Below, in pieces: positions 19,805-30,775 of a DNA stretch of 64,000 nucleotides. This stretch comes from an uncultured bacterium (GTDB taxonomy: Bacteria > Actinomycetota > Acidimicrobiia > Spongiisociales > UBA5794), in contig CAWDDT010000004.1 in the NCBI GenBank assembly GCA_963801165.1, forward strand, positions 672,001 to 736,000. Reading direction: 5' to 3'. The translations under genes and the position numbers were made by a program. Each line of letters starts with the position of its first letter. Position 1 is the stretch's first letter. Under the pieces are notes generated by a model. That model was not told the origin of the DNA. It ran no database searches and was given only the letters and a program-made list of their open reading frames with translations.

Positions 19805-22324
19805 CTAGCCGCCACCACCACCGCCGAGATTGGGCTCCCCGACGATGATGGTTATCTGCTGGCCGGGTTCGACGAGGGAGCCCGCAGGCGGGTTGGTGCT
19901 GATCACCTTCCCGACTTGATTGGGATTGTCGGTGGGCACGTACTGGAAGGTCCAGGTGAGGTTGAGACCGGACGCGTCGTTGAAGGCGGTGATCGCCGCT
20001 TCCACATCAGTTAGCGAAATACCCGCGAGATTGACCAGCTCGGGAGGAATCCCCGACGAGAAGTGGACCGTCACCGTGCCGCCCTGGGTCACCTCGACGC
20101 CCGCGGCCGGGCTCTGATCGAGGAACGTCCCCTCCGGCTCGACCGAGGCGATGCTCTCGATCGTTGGGCGTAGCCCGGCATGGAGAATCTCGGTCTTGGC
20201 GTCTGCCTCGTTCATCCCGCTGACATCGGGGACCTCGGTCTTGGGAACCCGGAAGAACGCGTCCGTACCATCAGGTCCCGGCGGGAACTCCTCCGCGGGG
20301 AGATCCTTTGTGATGTAGCTCATGAACTCGTTCCACACCGGGGCGGCGACGGTGCCGCCGTAGGCGCGCCTGATCGAGACCACTTTGTCGGAGCGCTCGT
20401 CGTATACCCCGAAGTTGACCATCTCGACCTGGGCGTCGGGGTACCCCACCCACACTGCAGTCGTGTACTGGGGGACGGCACCCACGAACCAGACGTCGTG
20501 GAAGTCCTGGGCTGTGCCCGTCTTGCCGAACTGGTCGCGACCGATGTTGGCGGCAGGTGCGGTGCCTCCCGACCGGGGTACCTTCCGCAGCGTCCGCACC
20601 ACCGCTGCCATGAGGGCCTCATCGGCCACCCGGGTCGGGTTCGTCTCGTGCTGGTAGATGACGTTCCCGTCGGCATCCTTGATGCTCTCGATGAGATAGC
20701 TGTCGACCTTGTTCCCGTAGTTGGCGATGGTCGTATAGGCGGATGCCATCTCCAGCGGGGTTACGGCATTCGTCCCGAGAGCGATCGACAGCACCGGCTG
20801 GAGCGGCGACTGGATACCCATTTTGTGCGCCACGTCTGCGATCTTCTCCGGCCCAACCGCTTGTGACACCTGTGCGTAAACCGTGTTCTTGGACGTGTAC
20901 GTCGCCTGTTCGAGGGTAATGATCCCCGAGCCTCCAAGCCCGGCGTTGTTGACGGTCCAGATGTTGCCTTGCGGGCTGCACGGGTAGCCACAGTCGATCT
21001 TCTGTGGGCTCGTCTGATCCCAATAGCTGCCAAGGGTGATCTGCCACCCGTACTTGCTCCCGTTCTCCAGCGCCGCGATCAGGGCAAACGGCTTGAACGA
21101 CGACCCGGCCTGGCGGCGGGCGAGGACCGCGAGGTCGTATGGGCGCTCGCCTGCTGCGAGATCGTTCCCGTAGTCGAGACCGGACGAGATCACCCTGATG
21201 GCGCCCGTTTCGTTTTCGACCATGGCAATGGCGCCGGTCGGGCCGTCCGGGTCCCGGAACCAGGAACGCAGCATCCGGTTGGCTTCCTGCTGCTGCTCGT
21301 AGTTGACCGTCACCGTGATCGTCAGCCCGCCGCCTCCCTCACATTCGGTGTCACTGGCAGGGCAGCCGAAAATCGCCCGCTTGCGCTGGGTGTACGTGTC
21401 GCCGAGCCCGAACTTCGGGTCGGAGAGGAGGCGCCTCTTGGCCTCGATGATGATACGGGGGTCGACCTCCTGGAAGTCCTGGTGCTCGATCGGAGCGAGC
21501 GGCTCTTTCACGGCGGCCGTGGCCTGCTCCTCGGTGATGAACCCGTTCTTCTCCATCTGGGCGATCACCGAGTTACGGCGATCGAGCACGCCGGCGACCC
21601 TGGTCGGATCCCGCATGTCGTAGACCGAGGGATTGCGAATCGGGACCGAGATTGCGGCGGCCTCGGCGATGGAGAGCTCGTCGAGGCTCTTGCCGAAGTA
21701 CTCCTGAGCCGCGGCGGTCACGCCGTACGCGTTGTAGCCGAAGAACTGTGAGTTCAGGTAGTACTCGAGGATCTGGTCCTTGGTGTAGCGGCGCTCCAAC
21801 TCGGCGGCAATGACTGCCTCGCAGATCTTCCGGTTGAGCGTGATCTCATCCCCGAGAATGGTCTTCTTGATGACCTGCTGGGTGATCGTCGAGCCACCCC
21901 GGGTGTGGCTCGAGGTGGCGTTGTCGATGGCGGCGCTCAGAATCGAGGTGAAGTCGATGCCGGCGTGGTGATAGAAGTCTCCGTCCTCGGCCGAGATCAC
22001 GGCGTCCTTTACGACGTCGGGGATCTCGTCGATTGAGACAGGCTGGCTGTTCTTCTCAGTGATCTTGCCGAGCAGCGTCCCGTCGCTCGTATAAACGGTC
22101 GAGAGGCTCCCCAGGGTGGGGAAGCTCAGGTCGTAGTTATTGGGGTCGCAGAACAGGTTGTTGGTGACGTCCTGCACGGTGCCGAACGCAGCATTCGACT
22201 CGAGGAAGGAGAACATGCCGAACAGCGATGCTCCCAATACCGTGATCACGGCGAGCATCGCGAGACTGGAAGCGCGCTTGCCGCGTCGCTCCCGGCGTTC
22301 CGAGAGGTGAATGCTTGGATCCAT
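19805..22324 (-). CDS. ponA: Class A penicillin-binding protein with C-terminal PASTA domains
   Basis: Transglycosylase [10 protein letters not shown] and GGSTITQQ; transpeptidase SSFK, SKN and KTG; two PASTA-like repeats. Confidence 0.93.
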   Translation of the reverse strand: MDPSIHLSERRERRGKRASSLAMLAVITVLGASLFGMFSFLESNAAFGTVQDVTNNLFCDPNNYDLSFPTLGSLSTVYTSDGTLLGKITEKNSQPVSIDEIPDVVKDAVISAEDGDFYHHAGIDFTSILSAAIDNATSSHTRGGSTITQQVIKKTILGDEITLNRKICEAVIAAELERRYTKDQILEYYLNSQFFGYNAYGVTAAAQEYFGKSLDELSIAEAAAISVPIRNPSVYDMRDPTRVAGVLDRRNSVIAQMEKNGFITEEQATAAVKEPLAPIEHQDFQEVDPRIIIEAKRRLLSDPKFGLGDTYTQRKRAIFGCPASDTECEGGGGLTITVTVNYEQQQEANRMLRSWFRDPDGPTGAIAMVENETGAIRVISSGLDYGNDLAAGERPYDLAVLARRQAGSSFKPFALIAALENGSKYGWQITLGSYWDQTSPQKIDCGYPCSPQGNIWTVNNAGLGGSGIITLEQATYTSKNTVYAQVSQAVGPEKIADVAHKMGIQSPLQPVLSIALGTNAVTPLEMASAYTTIANYGNKVDSYLIESIKDADGNVIYQHETNPTRVADEALMAAVVRTLRKVPRSGGTAPAANIGRDQFGKTGTAQDFHDVWFVGAVPQYTTAVWVGYPDAQVEMVNFGVYDERSDKVVSIRRAYGGTVAAPVWNEFMSYITKDLPAEEFPPGPDGTDAFFRVPKTEVPDVSGMNEADAKTEILHAGLRPTIESIASVEPEGTFLDQSPAAGVEVTQGGTVTVHFSSGIPPELVNLAGISLTDVEAAITAFNDASGLNLTWTFQYVPTDNPNQVGKVISTNPPAGSLVEPGQQITIIVGEPNLGGGGGG

Positions 22325-22406
22325 AGAGCTAACGAGTAGTAAGACGTTTTCGGCGCCGGGATGGTTCCCATGGGTAGCATCCCGGGCAGTCGACGAGATG
22401 ATAGGT

Positions 22407-23984
22407 ATGTCAGCGGACAACGAGAGGTTTTGGGCCACCAGCGGCTTCGAGATCGGGCCGGTCTACCGACCCGAGGATCTCGAAGAATGGGACCCGGGGG
22501 CCGAGCTGGGAGCGCCCGGCCAGTTCCCGTACACCCGTGGCCCCTATCCGGACATGTACCGGGGCCGGAAATGGACCATGCGCCAATACGCAGGGTTCGG
22601 GTCTGCTGCGCAGACCAACGAGAGGTTCCGGGGCCTTCTCGAAGCCGGGCAGACAGGGCTCTCGGTGGCGTTTGACCTGCCTACGCAGATGGGGTTCGAC
22701 TCGGATGCTCCTCTCGCTCGAGGTGAGGTGGGCCGGGTGGGCGTGGCCATCGACACGATCGAAGACATGCGAGCCCTGTTCGACCGGATTCCCCTCGGCG
22801 AGGTATCCACCTCCATGACGATCAACGCCACCGCCGCCGTCCTGTTGCTTCTCTACGAACTCGTCGCCGAGGAGCAGGGCGTGCCGGGTTCCGAGCTGAC
22901 AGGGACTGTACAAAACGACATCCTCAAGGAGTACATCGCTCGCGGCACGTACATCTACCCGGTGCAGCCGTCGATGCGGCTCGTCACCGACCTGTTTGCT
23001 TACTGTGCCGCCGAAGTACCCAAGTGGAACACCATCTCGATCAGCGGGTATCACATTCGCGAGGCCGGGTCGACCGCCGCCCAGGAGATCGCGTTCACGA
23101 TCAGCAACGGCCTCGCCTACGTGGATGCCGCACGCCGGGCCGGGCTCGACGTGGACGACTTTGCTCCCCGGCTCTCGTTCTTCTGGAACGCCCACAACCA
23201 CCTTTTCGAGGAGGTTGCCAAGTTCCGAGCCGCCCGGCGCATCTGGGCCAGGCTGATGCGTGACAGGGTCGGAGCCAACAACCCGGCCTCGTGGCGGATG
23301 CGCTTCCACACCCAGACCGCAGGCTCCACGCTCACCGCCCAGCAACCGCTCGTGAATGTGGTTCGCACCGCCTACCAGGCGCTGGCGGCCGTCCTGGGAG
23401 GCACACAGTCGTTGCACACGAACTCATTTGATGAAGCTCTCGGTCTGCCGACAGACGAGTCGGCCCTGCTGGCCTTACGCACCCAACAGGTGCTCGGCTA
23501 CGAGTCGGGTGCTGGCGACACGGTCGACCCGCTTGCCGGCTCGTACTACGTCGAGTCACTGACCAACTCGGTCGAGCAGGCAGCCCTCGAGCTCATTGGG
23601 CAGATCGACGCCCTCGGTGGTGCGGTCGCCGCCATCGATGCCGGCTTCCAGGTCGGGCAGATCGAAGAGTCCGCCTATCGTCACGCCCGGGCCGTCGACG
23701 AGGGTGAGACGATCGTCGTGGGGGTCAACCGTTTCGCCACCGCCGACGAGGCCGGCCCCGAGGTCCTCACCATCGACCCGGAGCTCGAGCGTCGCCAGAT
23801 CGAGTCGCTTGCCCGGGTGAGGGCGAGCCGGGACCAGGCGGCAGTTGACGCGTCGCTGGCGCTAATCGAGGAGACGGCCCGGGGCTCGGGCAACGTGCTG
23901 TATCCGATGAAACAGGCGCTCCGGGAGCGAGCCACACTCGGTGAGGTGTCCACCGCTCTGGCAGGAGTCTTCGGCCACTACTGA
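22407..23984 (+). CDS. Methylmalonyl-CoA mutase, substrate-binding subunit (split type, no B12-binding domain)
   Basis: [20 protein letters not shown] and [12 protein letters not shown]; the Tyr/Arg specificity pair matches MCM rather than ICM. Confidence 0.9.
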   Translation: MSADNERFWATSGFEIGPVYRPEDLEEWDPGAELGAPGQFPYTRGPYPDMYRGRKWTMRQYAGFGSAAQTNERFRGLLEAGQTGLSVAFDLPTQMGFDSDAPLARGEVGRVGVAIDTIEDMRALFDRIPLGEVSTSMTINATAAVLLLLYELVAEEQGVPGSELTGTVQNDILKEYIARGTYIYPVQPSMRLVTDLFAYCAAEVPKWNTISISGYHIREAGSTAAQEIAFTISNGLAYVDAARRAGLDVDDFAPRLSFFWNAHNHLFEEVAKFRAARRIWARLMRDRVGANNPASWRMRFHTQTAGSTLTAQQPLVNVVRTAYQALAAVLGGTQSLHTNSFDEALGLPTDESALLALRTQQVLGYESGAGDTVDPLAGSYYVESLTNSVEQAALELIGQIDALGGAVAAIDAGFQVGQIEESAYRHARAVDEGETIVVGVNRFATADEAGPEVLTIDPELERRQIESLARVRASRDQAAVDASLALIEETARGSGNVLYPMKQALRERATLGEVSTALAGVFGHY

Positions 23985-24008
23985 GCCAATTCCCGAGCCC
24001 GGGCTAGC

Positions 24009-24087
24009 GGAGCAAAGCGTTGCTCCCGAACATGAGCTTCCCCGGCCCGAGTTTGCGGAGCAAACTCAAACCTCACCAAAGGTGAGG
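24009..24087. terminator. Three tandem hairpins between convergent genes
   Basis: GGAGCAA..TTGCTCC (24009-24026), GAGTTTGC-gga-GCAAACTC (24049-24067) and CCTCACC-aaa-GGTGAGG (24071-24087). Confidence 0.5.
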
Positions 24088-24090
24088 CCG

Positions 24091-25839
24091 TTACTTGACC
24101 ACCATTAGGACTGCGCCGCTGGCGACGGTGTCGCCGGTCTGGACACGGAGATCGACGATCTCGCCGTCCTTGGTCGACTTGATCTCGTTCTCCATCTTCA
24201 TGGCTTCGAGGACACAGAGCGGCTCGCCCTCCTTGACGGTATCGCCTGCCGCCTTGTGCACCTTGACGATGGTTCCTTGCATCGGTGCGCTGATGATGCC
24301 GCTGTCGTCGCCCGGAGCGGAGCGGCGCTCCAGCTTGGGGGGCCGGCGTCGGGGCGCTGCTTTCTGACCGCCGGCCGCCGGGGCTGCCATGATCGGCGCC
24401 CAATAGCGCACGGGGAACCGTCGGCCCCCGACCTCGACGGTGATCGAGCGCTCTTCGAGCTCCTCGTCGCTGGGCAGATGCGGGGTGACCTCGAGGTCGA
24501 GATCGGAGAAGTCGACGCTCTCTTCGACGAAGCGGGTGGAGTACTCCCCGGACCGGAAGCCTTCCGTGTCGATGATCGTCTGGTGCGCGGGGATCGTGGT
24601 AACCAGACCCGTGATCTCGAACGACTCGAGGGCGTAACGTCCCCTCTCGATGGCCTCGGTGCGATCCCGCCCCCACACGATCAGCTTGGCAACCAGGTTG
24701 TCGTAGTACTGGCTGATCACCGACTTTGCCGTGACGCCGCTGTCGACCCGCACACCGGGTCCCCCCGGCTCGTGGTACTCGACGATTGTGCCCGGGCTCG
24801 GCATGAAGTTCCGCGCCGGGTTCTCCGCATTGACCCGGAATTCGATGGCGTGCCCGCGCGGCTCGACGTCGCTGAAGGAGAGTGGCTCGCCCGCGGCGAT
24901 CCGTAGTTGCTCCTTCACCAGATCGATCCCGGTCACCGCTTCCGTGACCGTGTGCTCCACCTGGATTCGAGTGTTCATCTCGAGGAAGTAGAGCTTTCCT
25001 TCCCGGGACATGAGGAACTCGACGGTTCCCGCCGATATGTAACCCGTCGCCCGTGCTATCGCCAGAGCCGCGGCAGCGATTTCCTCTCGCTGTTCCGCGG
25101 TGACGCTAGGAGCGGGGGTCTCCTCGATCAGCTTCTGATGCCGCCGCTGGATAGAACAGTCACGCTCCCCGAGGAACACCGCGTTTCCGTGGGTGTCGCA
25201 AATGATCTGGGCCTCGATGTGGCGGGGCAGCTCGAGATACTTCTCGACATATACCTCGGCCCGGGAGAAGTAGGCGTCGGCTTCGCGGCAGGCGGCCTCG
25301 AATGCATCGTTCACCGCGGTTGCCGCCCGTACGACGCGGAGGCCCTTACCGCCTCCGCCGTGAGCCGCTTTGATGACGAGCGGGTAACCGTGCTCCTCAC
25401 CAAAGGCGGTGACGCCTTCGGCAGACTCGAGCGGCTCCATAGTTCCCGGCACAGCGGCGATACCTGCGGCCGCAGCCGCGACCCGTGACGTGATCTTGTC
25501 GCCCATGGTGGCGATAGCCTCGGGCGGTGGCCCAACCCAGATCAGCCCGGCATCGATCACGGCACGAGCAAAGTTTGCGTTCTCAGCAAGGAACCCATAC
25601 CCGGGGTGTACCGCCGAGGCGTTGGCGGACGCTGCCACCTCGAGCATCCGCTCGATGTTCAGGTAGGAGTCGGCTGCCGGTGCGGGGCCGATGTTCCATG
25701 CCTCGTCGGCGAGTTGGACGTGTCGGGCGTTGCGATCGAGCTCGGAGTAGACAGCAATTGCCCGCAGACCGAGCTCCTTTGCCGCGCGGATCACCCGAAC
25801 CGCGATCTCTCCACGATTGGCAACTAGCACTGATTCCAC
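24091..25839 (-). CDS. Acyl-CoA (propionyl/acetyl) carboxylase alpha subunit: biotin carboxylase plus biotin carrier
   Basis: ANRGEIA, HPGYGFLAEN, GGGGKG, RDCSIQRRHQK and EAMKM biotinylation site. Start 25839 (GTG) or 25848. Confidence 0.94.
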   Translation of the reverse strand: MESVLVANRGEIAVRVIRAAKELGLRAIAVYSELDRNARHVQLADEAWNIGPAPAADSYLNIERMLEVAASANASAVHPGYGFLAENANFARAVIDAGLIWVGPPPEAIATMGDKITSRVAAAAAGIAAVPGTMEPLESAEGVTAFGEEHGYPLVIKAAHGGGGKGLRVVRAATAVNDAFEAACREADAYFSRAEVYVEKYLELPRHIEAQIICDTHGNAVFLGERDCSIQRRHQKLIEETPAPSVTAEQREEIAAAALAIARATGYISAGTVEFLMSREGKLYFLEMNTRIQVEHTVTEAVTGIDLVKEQLRIAAGEPLSFSDVEPRGHAIEFRVNAENPARNFMPSPGTIVEYHEPGGPGVRVDSGVTAKSVISQYYDNLVAKLIVWGRDRTEAIERGRYALESFEITGLVTTIPAHQTIIDTEGFRSGEYSTRFVEESVDFSDLDLEVTPHLPSDEELEERSITVEVGGRRFPVRYWAPIMAAPAAGGQKAAPRRRPPKLERRSAPGDDSGIISAPMQGTIVKVHKAAGDTVKEGEPLCVLEAMKMENEIKSTKDGEIVDLRVQTGDTVASGAVLMVVK

Positions 25840-25863
25840 GAGGGTCATCCTAGAGCCAGTGCA

Positions 25864-27414
25864 CTAGAGAGGGATGTTGCCGTGCTTGCGAGGAGGCATG
25901 GCCTCCCGCTTGGTCCGCAACATCTCGAGCGCCCGGATCAGGCGGGGTCTTGTCTCTCGCGGCTCTATCACCTCATCGACGAACCCACGCTCAGCCGCGA
26001 CATACGGGTTGTTGAACTGGCCTTCGTATTGGTCGATCAGCTCCTGACGCCGCACGGCAGGATCGTCGGCACCCGCGATGTCGCGGCGGTGGATGACGTT
26101 GACGGCGCCCTGAGCCCCCATCACGGCGATCTCGGCGGTGGGCCAGGCATACACGACGTCGGCTCGCAGCGCCCGTGAGTTCATCACGACGTATGCCCCC
26201 CCATATGCCTTGCGGGTGATCACCGTGATCTTGGGGACGGTGGCCTCCGAGTAGGCGTACAGCAGCTTGGCGCCATGGCGAATGATCCCCCCGTGCTCCT
26301 GCTCGATACCGGGGAGGAAGCCGGGAACGTCGACGAACGTAACGATCGGGATGTTGAAGGCATCGCAGAAGCGGATGAAGCGGGCGGCCTTCCCCGACGA
26401 GGCGATATCGAGCGTCCCCGCCAGGACCGAAGGTTGATTGCCTATGACACCGACGGCATACCCGTCGATCCGGGCGAACCCGACGACGATGTTGGCGGCA
26501 TAGTGCTCGTGAACCTGATAGAACTCGCCGTCGTCGACGACCATGTCGATCAGATCGACCATGTCGTAAGGCGAGCTGGAGTTGCTCGGGATGATCGTGG
26601 TCAGTGCTTCGTCCATCCGGTCGGGGGCATCCAGCGGGGTGAAGAAGGGTGGTACCTCCATGTTGTTCCGGGGGAGGAAGGACAACAGGTAACGGACTTC
26701 CTCGAGGGCGGCCCGGTCATCGGTGGCGACGAAGTGGGTGACCCCCGACTTGGAGCCGTGGGCGTGCGCCCCGCCGAGGTCTTCGAAGGTGACGTCCTCC
26801 CCGGTGACCGCCCGGATGACATCGGGCCCCGTGATGAACAGATGGGAGAGACCCTCCACCTGATAGACGAAGTCGGTGATGGCGGGTGAATAGACGGCGC
26901 CGCCGGCGCACGGGCCCATTACGACCGAGATCTGCGGGATCACCCCCGAGGCGCGCACGTTGCGCTCGAAGATCCTGCCGTAGCCGTCGAGGGCGGTCAC
27001 GCCCTCCTGAATGCGTGCTCCCCCCGAGTCCTTGAGCCCGATGATGGGTGCGCCCGTGTCCATCGCCAGATCCATCACCTTGCAGATCTTGTCGGCGACG
27101 ACTTCGCCGAGGCTGCCGCCAAATGCTGTGAAGTCCTCGGCAAAGACAAACGCGGTGCGCCCGTCGATCGTGCCCCATCCGGTGATCACAGCGTCCCCGA
27201 GCGGTCGGTTGTCCTCGATCCCGAACCCGGTGGCCTGGTGCTGGACGAGCATGTCCATCTCGTTGAACGAGCCCTTGTCGAGGAGGGTCTCTACGCGCTC
27301 GCGTGCCGTCAGCTTGCCCAGGTCGTGCTGACGGTCCTGGGCGCGCCTGCTGGCCGGTTCCTGTGCGGCTGCCCGCAATCGGCGGAGCTGCTCGATCAGT
27401 TCGTCCGTGGTCAC
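25864..27414 (-). CDS. pccB: Propionyl-CoA carboxylase beta (carboxyltransferase) subunit
   Basis: GKLTARER, SGGARIQEG, DVPGFLPG, RKAYGGAY and KHGNIPL. Confidence 0.92.
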   Translation of the reverse strand: MTTDELIEQLRRLRAAAQEPASRRAQDRQHDLGKLTARERVETLLDKGSFNEMDMLVQHQATGFGIEDNRPLGDAVITGWGTIDGRTAFVFAEDFTAFGGSLGEVVADKICKVMDLAMDTGAPIIGLKDSGGARIQEGVTALDGYGRIFERNVRASGVIPQISVVMGPCAGGAVYSPAITDFVYQVEGLSHLFITGPDVIRAVTGEDVTFEDLGGAHAHGSKSGVTHFVATDDRAALEEVRYLLSFLPRNNMEVPPFFTPLDAPDRMDEALTTIIPSNSSSPYDMVDLIDMVVDDGEFYQVHEHYAANIVVGFARIDGYAVGVIGNQPSVLAGTLDIASSGKAARFIRFCDAFNIPIVTFVDVPGFLPGIEQEHGGIIRHGAKLLYAYSEATVPKITVITRKAYGGAYVVMNSRALRADVVYAWPTAEIAVMGAQGAVNVIHRRDIAGADDPAVRRQELIDQYEGQFNNPYVAAERGFVDEVIEPRETRPRLIRALEMLRTKREAMPPRKHGNIPL

Positions 27415-27469
27415 AACCCGGTCTCCCGTTAATGTCTCCGTGTGTCTGTATGACTCACAGAAGCGCGAT

Positions 27470-28150
27470 ATGGCTACACCCTACGTCACCCTCATCAGGA
27501 ATGTGGTGGCTTCCACTCAAGATCTAGCCGCAGAGCGGTTCGATGCAACCGATGTACCTGTGCTGGTTGTGGCGGGCCGACAGACCGCAGGGCGCGGCCG
27601 CAGCGGCAACGGCTGGTGGCAGGCGGTGCGGGCCGTCGCCGCTTCGCTGGCGTTTTCGCCGGACATGTTTCCGGTCGAGGACTCGTTCTCCCTCGCTGTT
27701 GGTCTGGCCGTGCGGGACGCCATAGGCCGGGTATGCGCTGTCGCCGTGAACCTCAAATGGCCCAACGACATCGTGCTCGGCGCGGCGAAGGTGGCCGGTG
27801 TCCTCGTCGAGCGCAGCGACGAGCGTGTGGTCGTCGGGTGCGGAATCAACCTGTATTGGCCCGAGCCCCCTGATGGGGCTTGCGGTCTCTTCGACGCCGA
27901 CCCGGGCCCCACGCTTGGGGAAACGCTCAGCGAAGCGTGGGCATCACAGATCATCGACACTGAGGGCCACTGGGATCGGGCCGCATACGTTGCGGCATGT
28001 ACGACGATCGGTGCGGACATCACCTGGCAGCCGACTGGCCGGGGCACTGCCGTTACCGTCGACGATATCGGCGGCCTGGTGGTGGAGACCGACACAGGCC
28101 GGGTCACCCTGCGCTCCGGCGAAGTCACGACGATCCGCCCCGCCCACTGA
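27470..28150 (+). CDS. birA: Biotin--protein ligase (no HTH domain)
   Basis: STQD, QTAGRGR, KWPND, KVAGVLVE and GINL; divergent from the carboxylase genes. Confidence 0.88.
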   Translation: MATPYVTLIRNVVASTQDLAAERFDATDVPVLVVAGRQTAGRGRSGNGWWQAVRAVAASLAFSPDMFPVEDSFSLAVGLAVRDAIGRVCAVAVNLKWPNDIVLGAAKVAGVLVERSDERVVVGCGINLYWPEPPDGACGLFDADPGPTLGETLSEAWASQIIDTEGHWDRAAYVAACTTIGADITWQPTGRGTAVTVDDIGGLVVETDTGRVTLRSGEVTTIRPAH

Positions 28151-28222
28151 TCGTTCCCGTTCCGGCGTACATTCGGCGCCCTGGCGACCGCCTGCTGTAC
28201 GCAAGCTCGGGGAAGCGTGCGG

Positions 28223-29311
28223 TTAACTCCGGCGTCTCTTGATCTTGGGAGGCTTGCTTTGCTGGGTTCGCTGCTGGACCCTGCGTGCGCCGGAACGTGC
28301 CCGCATGGAGTCTGCCACTTCCGTGTCACGGAACCAGTTGGCGATTCTGCGGAAGAGGTTCGGCTTTGGTGGCTTGGCCTGGGTCGTGCGCGAAACCACA
28401 GTCTGTGCCACCTTGGTTCGTTTGACCCGCTGCGCCACCGTCGGGCTGGCGACCTTGTTCTCACGGGGCCCGTAGGTGCTTCTGCGGGCATGGCGCCCCG
28501 GGGTACCCGCCGCTGCTCCCGCCACGCGTGTTGTCCCCACCTGCCGCTGCGGCTGGAGGATGGCGATGGTGGCGATAAGCGCGATGAGGGTCAGCCCCAC
28601 GATTGTCAGCCACCACCAGTTGTTGCCAAGGAACGAGTCGCTGCCGGGCCCGTCGGGAGCGATTGCAACCAGTGTCGTCGTGGTGCTCACCACCGGAGCC
28701 ACCGTTGTTGTGGTCGACGAGGTCGTCGTCGCGGGTGCCGCCGTCGTCGTTTCGGGGGCTTCCGTTGTGGTGGTGGTCGATGTCGTGGTCGACGTGGTCG
28801 TGGTTGGCGGCTCTGTGGTGGTTGTCGTCGTTGTGGTGGTCGCCGGGGCCTTCGTTGTTGTCGTCGTCGGCGGGCGGGTCGTAGTCGTTGTGGTGGTCGT
28901 TGTCGTCGGGGCGGTAGTTGTTGTCGTCGTGTCTGGATAGTCACGGCGATGGTGCAGGTGCCTCCACCGCCGGCGGCCACTTCGCTCGACCTTGACGGAG
29001 CCCGACCCGGTTGCGTTGGCGCCGGCGCTGATCGACACGACCACCGACCAGGCACCGCCTCCGTCGCCCACTGAGCCACCGCCAACAGCGCTTGCGGATA
29101 CCCCCGTTGCAGAGATCGCGGCAACGGCGGCCCCGTCCGACTGGAAATTGACCGTCCGGGAGACGCTCCCGCCCTGATCGACGGTGGCGGTACCAGGGCA
29201 TCCACCAGGCGCCACGGCCGCTTCTGCTCCCGGGCTGTGTGCCACCAGGATCGATACAGACGCCAGCAACAACAACGCGGCCGCCACCATCGGGTAGCGA
29301 GGAGCGACCAT
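28223..29311 (-). CDS. Secreted single-pass membrane protein with Thr-rich mucin-like stalk and basic cytoplasmic tail
   Basis: Signal peptide, small beta-rich domain, long poly-Thr stalk, TM helix WWWLTIVGLTLIALIATIAIL and Arg/Lys-rich tail; compensating indels suspected near 28935-28988. Confidence 0.75.
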   Translation of the reverse strand: MVAPRYPMVAAALLLLASVSILVAHSPGAEAAVAPGGCPGTATVDQGGSVSRTVNFQSDGAAVAAISATGVSASAVGGGSVGDGGGAWSVVVSISAGANATGSGSVKVERSGRRRWRHLHHRRDYPDTTTTTTAPTTTTTTTTTTRPPTTTTTKAPATTTTTTTTTEPPTTTTSTTTSTTTTTEAPETTTAAPATTTSSTTTTVAPVVSTTTTLVAIAPDGPGSDSFLGNNWWWLTIVGLTLIALIATIAILQPQRQVGTTRVAGAAAGTPGRHARRSTYGPRENKVASPTVAQRVKRTKVAQTVVSRTTQAKPPKPNLFRRIANWFRDTEVADSMRARSGARRVQQRTQQSKPPKIKRRRS

Positions 29312-29460
29312 CTGTGATCTGCTACGACTCACCTAATTACCTGCCCTCGGCATTACCTGTCTTCGGCTGCGTAAGACTAGACACCAGCGCAACCCCTTTT
29401 CCCGAGAGTAGCGCGGACGCCCAAATGCTCAATCGGCCCGAACCGGCGAATTCTTGAGTG

Positions 29461-30774
29461 TCAAACGTGCGCATTCTCGTTATCCGACTCCGAAGGTTCG
29501 CCGTAAATACCGGCAATCGCCCTGCTGGTTCCGAAAAGCCGTAGCCCGTTGCCGATCGTCAGGCTGAGCGGGCGGGCGAACGCTTGAGTTACCCCGGCGG
29601 TTGCCGCCGCCAGCAGCTGGAAGGGGGCTGAGATCATGCTGACGATACCGATGACCCGCGACCGGTTGGCCGCGGTGAGCTCCTGGACGACCAGCACGAT
29701 TGCGGCCAGGAACACATTGGCGACAACCGTAGCGATCACAAGCCCAGGAACGATGTATGCCTTGGGGACCAGGAAGGCCATTGGGTTGCCCACCCAATCG
29801 AACCCGACCGCCAGCGCATAGACGGCGGACGCCCCGACCAGGAAGGTGTTGAACCGGTGATGGTTGTGCCGGGACACCTCGCGGTCATGCGAAATCGCAG
29901 CCCTCATGACCCGGGGGCCCATCACGTAGCCCAGCCCGACACCTATGACAATGATCGGGACTGCGGCGATTCGGGCCGCTTCGGCATAGCCGAGTACCTC
30001 GAGACCAGCCGTGAACGTGATGATCGACGCGGCGCCGAACGCGGCGACCGGCTCGATGCCCACGCCGATCATCAGCCAGACTCCCGAGCGCATCAGGCTG
30101 TGGGGATTGAGACGCTCGAGCGCACGTTCCGCCGACCATGGTCGGGCGAGGATCAAACCGAGGAGCAACGACAGCAGGTTGGCGATTGCCAGCGCACCGA
30201 AGGGAATCCATTCTGCTGTGACGTCGAGCAGGAGCATGACCGCGATCGAAGCACCCGATATGGCGACCTGTACAGCTGAGACTGATGCGGCCGCCCATGA
30301 GCGATCGGCGATGTGGAGCATCCGTCTGATGTGATCCTGGGTGGGCCACAGAAAAGTCGTGGCGGCTGCGGTGATGGTGAGAGGCGTCACCACATCGGCC
30401 GTGGAGGTCTGGGCGGCAACGAGGGTAGCGATCCCGATCGCGAGGGCTCCTGCCAGCGAAGGCAGGATCCCGTAGAAAATGCTCTGGGTGAGGACCCGGG
30501 TACGGTGCTCCTGCGGCCAGGCGACGGCAACGACCTCAGAAGGAATGTAAATGAGGTTGTTGGCAATCACCTGGGCGAAGTTGAACGCGGTGAAGAAAAT
30601 GGCGTACACCCCGAGCTCGGCGCGGCCGAGGATGGTGGCGGCGATGAGACCGGTGAGGAAAGTCGCCAGCGATGACATTCCCGCATCGACGACTCCGGCG
30701 CCGATGCCGAGTTTGTTTATCAGCCGATTACGCAGCGAAGGGGCGAACTCGTTATCGGCCATGTCCATGCTCAT
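29461..30774 (-). CDS. Wzx-like polysaccharide flippase (copy 1)
   Basis: About 12 TM helices; DAGMSSLATF and GYAEAAR motifs; follows wzc/wzy-like genes; paralogous to 45055-46362. Confidence 0.75.
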   Translation of the reverse strand: MSMDMADNEFAPSLRNRLINKLGIGAGVVDAGMSSLATFLTGLIAATILGRAELGVYAIFFTAFNFAQVIANNLIYIPSEVVAVAWPQEHRTRVLTQSIFYGILPSLAGALAIGIATLVAAQTSTADVVTPLTITAAATTFLWPTQDHIRRMLHIADRSWAAASVSAVQVAISGASIAVMLLLDVTAEWIPFGALAIANLLSLLLGLILARPWSAERALERLNPHSLMRSGVWLMIGVGIEPVAAFGAASIITFTAGLEVLGYAEAARIAAVPIIVIGVGLGYVMGPRVMRAAISHDREVSRHNHHRFNTFLVGASAVYALAVGFDWVGNPMAFLVPKAYIVPGLVIATVVANVFLAAIVLVVQELTAANRSRVIGIVSMISAPFQLLAAATAGVTQAFARPLSLTIGNGLRLFGTSRAIAGIYGEPSESDNENAHV

Positions 30775-30775
30775 A

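Noticed and set aside
22325-22406. Cobalamin riboswitch upstream of the mutase
   Set aside because: The gap is only 82 bp and no B12-box is visible.
22407-23984. Isobutyryl-CoA, hydroxyisobutyryl-CoA or ethylmalonyl-CoA mutase
   Set aside because: RQYAGF and KEYIARG carry the Tyr/Arg pair of methylmalonyl-CoA mutase, and the gene is adjacent to propionyl-CoA carboxylase.
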